Origin: Ignavibacteria bacterium
GTDB lineage: Bacteria; Bacteroidota; Ignavibacteria; Kapaibacteriales; Kapaibacteriaceae
Direction of reading: 5' to 3'
DNA: 64,000 nucleotides
NCBI GenBank assembly: GCA_013204605.1
Contig: JABMNI010000011.1
Coordinates: forward strand, 16,887 to 80,886
The position numbers were made by a program, and so were the translations under genes. The notes beneath the pieces were generated by a model, which made no database searches, was not told the origin of the DNA, and saw nothing but the letters and a program-made list of their open reading frames with translations. Positions 62,806-64,000 of the stretch are shown one piece after another; position 1 is the stretch's first letter, and each line of letters starts with the position of its first letter.

Positions 62806-63406
62806 TTACAATTCAATGCATAATGGCGGTCAGATTCAACTACCAATTGAAGACAAAAGAGTTGGGTTTGGAAAACGGTTGGCGGCGTACGTTATAGATG
62901 CGCTAGCTTCAACAATTCTGGCTGTCTTTCTGATGTTCGCTATTCGCGCTATGAATGTTACGTTGTCGATTTTCGACAAAGAAAAGTTCGAGAAAATGCG
63001 CGAGATTTATTCGATGATTGGGCTGGGCGATTTTTTTACCGAAGAGCTTGTTGATATGTTGGCGATATTGACTGTAGCCACTGTAGTTGCTGCTCTGGCA
63101 TATACGTTGATTGAAGGTCTCACCGGGGCTTCGCCGGGCAAACGTGTGCTTCGTATATACATAGCACATGCAGATGGCTCTGCAGGCAACACCACACTTT
63201 GGCTTAAGCGTTGGGCGATGAAGAATTCTAACTCTATTGCTGGCTTTTTTGCCTTGATGCCATCGTTGTCATTCCTGAGCACCATTGGTTCATTGATAGG
63301 TTTTGTAATTGTTATTGGGTGCTTTTTTGCTCTTCAACGTTCGCGTCAGGCACTCCATGATAGAATGGCTGGAACCGCCGTGTTTAATGTTGATTCCGAT
63401 TTGTAA
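62792..63406 (+). CDS. RDD-family membrane protein
   Basis: The N-terminal segment GFGKRLAAYVIDALASTIL matches the RDD family pattern. There are 3 or more TM helices. Confidence 0.6.
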   Translation: MDQIDYNSMHNGGQIQLPIEDKRVGFGKRLAAYVIDALASTILAVFLMFAIRAMNVTLSIFDKEKFEKMREIYSMIGLGDFFTEELVDMLAILTVATVVAALAYTLIEGLTGASPGKRVLRIYIAHADGSAGNTTLWLKRWAMKNSNSIAGFFALMPSLSFLSTIGSLIGFVIVIGCFFALQRSRQALHDRMAGTAVFNVDSDL

Positions 63407-63438
63407 TTGCTAAGAATAGAAAACAAGGAGACACCGCT

Positions 63439-64000
63439 GTGATAAAGTATTCCGACTATCTCCATCTTGATACCCTACTCAATGCCCAGCATGCTGAAAG
63501 TGAAAAGCATGGTGCACCAGCTCACGATGAACTGTTGTTTATCATTACGCATCAAACATTCGAACTGTGGTTTAAGCAAGTGTTGTTCGAAGTAGGCTCC
63601 GTTATTGAAGAACTCAACCGACCCTATGTTGAGGAATGGCGAGTGGGTACGTGTCTGTCGCGGATACAACGCGTGAACACTATTATGGAGCACTTGGTAA
63701 ATCAGTTTGGACTGATAGAGACCATGACGCCGGGCGATTTTATGGACTTCCGTGCGTTCTTGAATCCGGCATCGGGATTTCAATCTGCTCAGTGGCGAAT
63801 TTTAGAGCGTACACTTGGCCTTCCTGAAGTAAAGCGAGTACTAAAGAATTATGCTGAAGCCCTACCTCCAAATGAACAAGAAAAGCTTGCCGATAGCACC
63901 AAGGGTCCAACGCTGTTTAGCGTTATTGAGTCGTGGTTAGAAAAAATGCCCTTCATGGAAACAGAGTCATACGCATTTTGGGAAGAGTATCGCAAGGCCG
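63439..64000 (+). CDS. kynA: Tryptophan 2,3-dioxygenase, 3'-truncated at the window end
   Basis: GTG at 63439 has AGGAG 8 nt upstream. The translated N-terminus (YSDYLHLDTLLNAQHAESEKHGAPAHDELLFIITHQTFELWFKQ) is the canonical TDO sequence. Confidence 0.8.
   Translation, partial: MIKYSDYLHLDTLLNAQHAESEKHGAPAHDELLFIITHQTFELWFKQVLFEVGSVIEELNRPYVEEWRVGTCLSRIQRVNTIMEHLVNQFGLIETMTPGDFMDFRAFLNPASGFQSAQWRILERTLGLPEVKRVLKNYAEALPPNEQEKLADSTKGPTLFSVIESWLEKMPFMETESYAFWEEYRKA

Overview
This is a gene-dense bacterial chromosomal window that is mostly housekeeping, with several envelope and secretion islands. Several proteins end in a Por/T9SS C-terminal sorting domain, and families such as GWxTD, DUF2851, DUF3467, long-form YidC, Omp28-like and a DUF4953-type metalloprotease point to the FCB group (Bacteroidota/Ignavibacteria/Chlorobi-like). 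Unlike classical Bacteroidia, clear Shine-Dalgarno motifs sit upstream of starts (AGGAG before nuoA and kynA, AAGGAA before the metalloprotease). The ORF track uses GTG/TTG as starts, so several track ORFs carry spurious N-terminal extensions that I trimmed to the first ATG with a plausible signal peptide. Core genes present include atpD-atpC, guaB, rpmH-rnpA-yidD-yidC, adk, folD, pyrF, nuoA-nuoB, anmK, icd, thiolase and acyl-CoA dehydrogenase, a metH/metF-type fusion and kynA. Accessory content includes a tandem set of secreted BNR/Asp-box T9SS cargo proteins, a tightly coupled five-gene membrane glycoconjugate-like cluster (MBL, LptE-like, GT2 with QxxRW, DUF2029/GT-C, FAH), a large sortilin-like BNR protein in an operon with LolA-like, TPR and DUF3467 genes, an OmpA with thrombospondin-type-3 repeats, and a NarI-like::HdrD-like fused Fe-S oxidoreductase. 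I found no CRISPR array, rRNA or tRNA, transposase or integrase, and no recognisable defence or toxin system. The most unusual items are gene-association and repeat-level oddities rather than a clear novel system, and I state that rather than over-claim.
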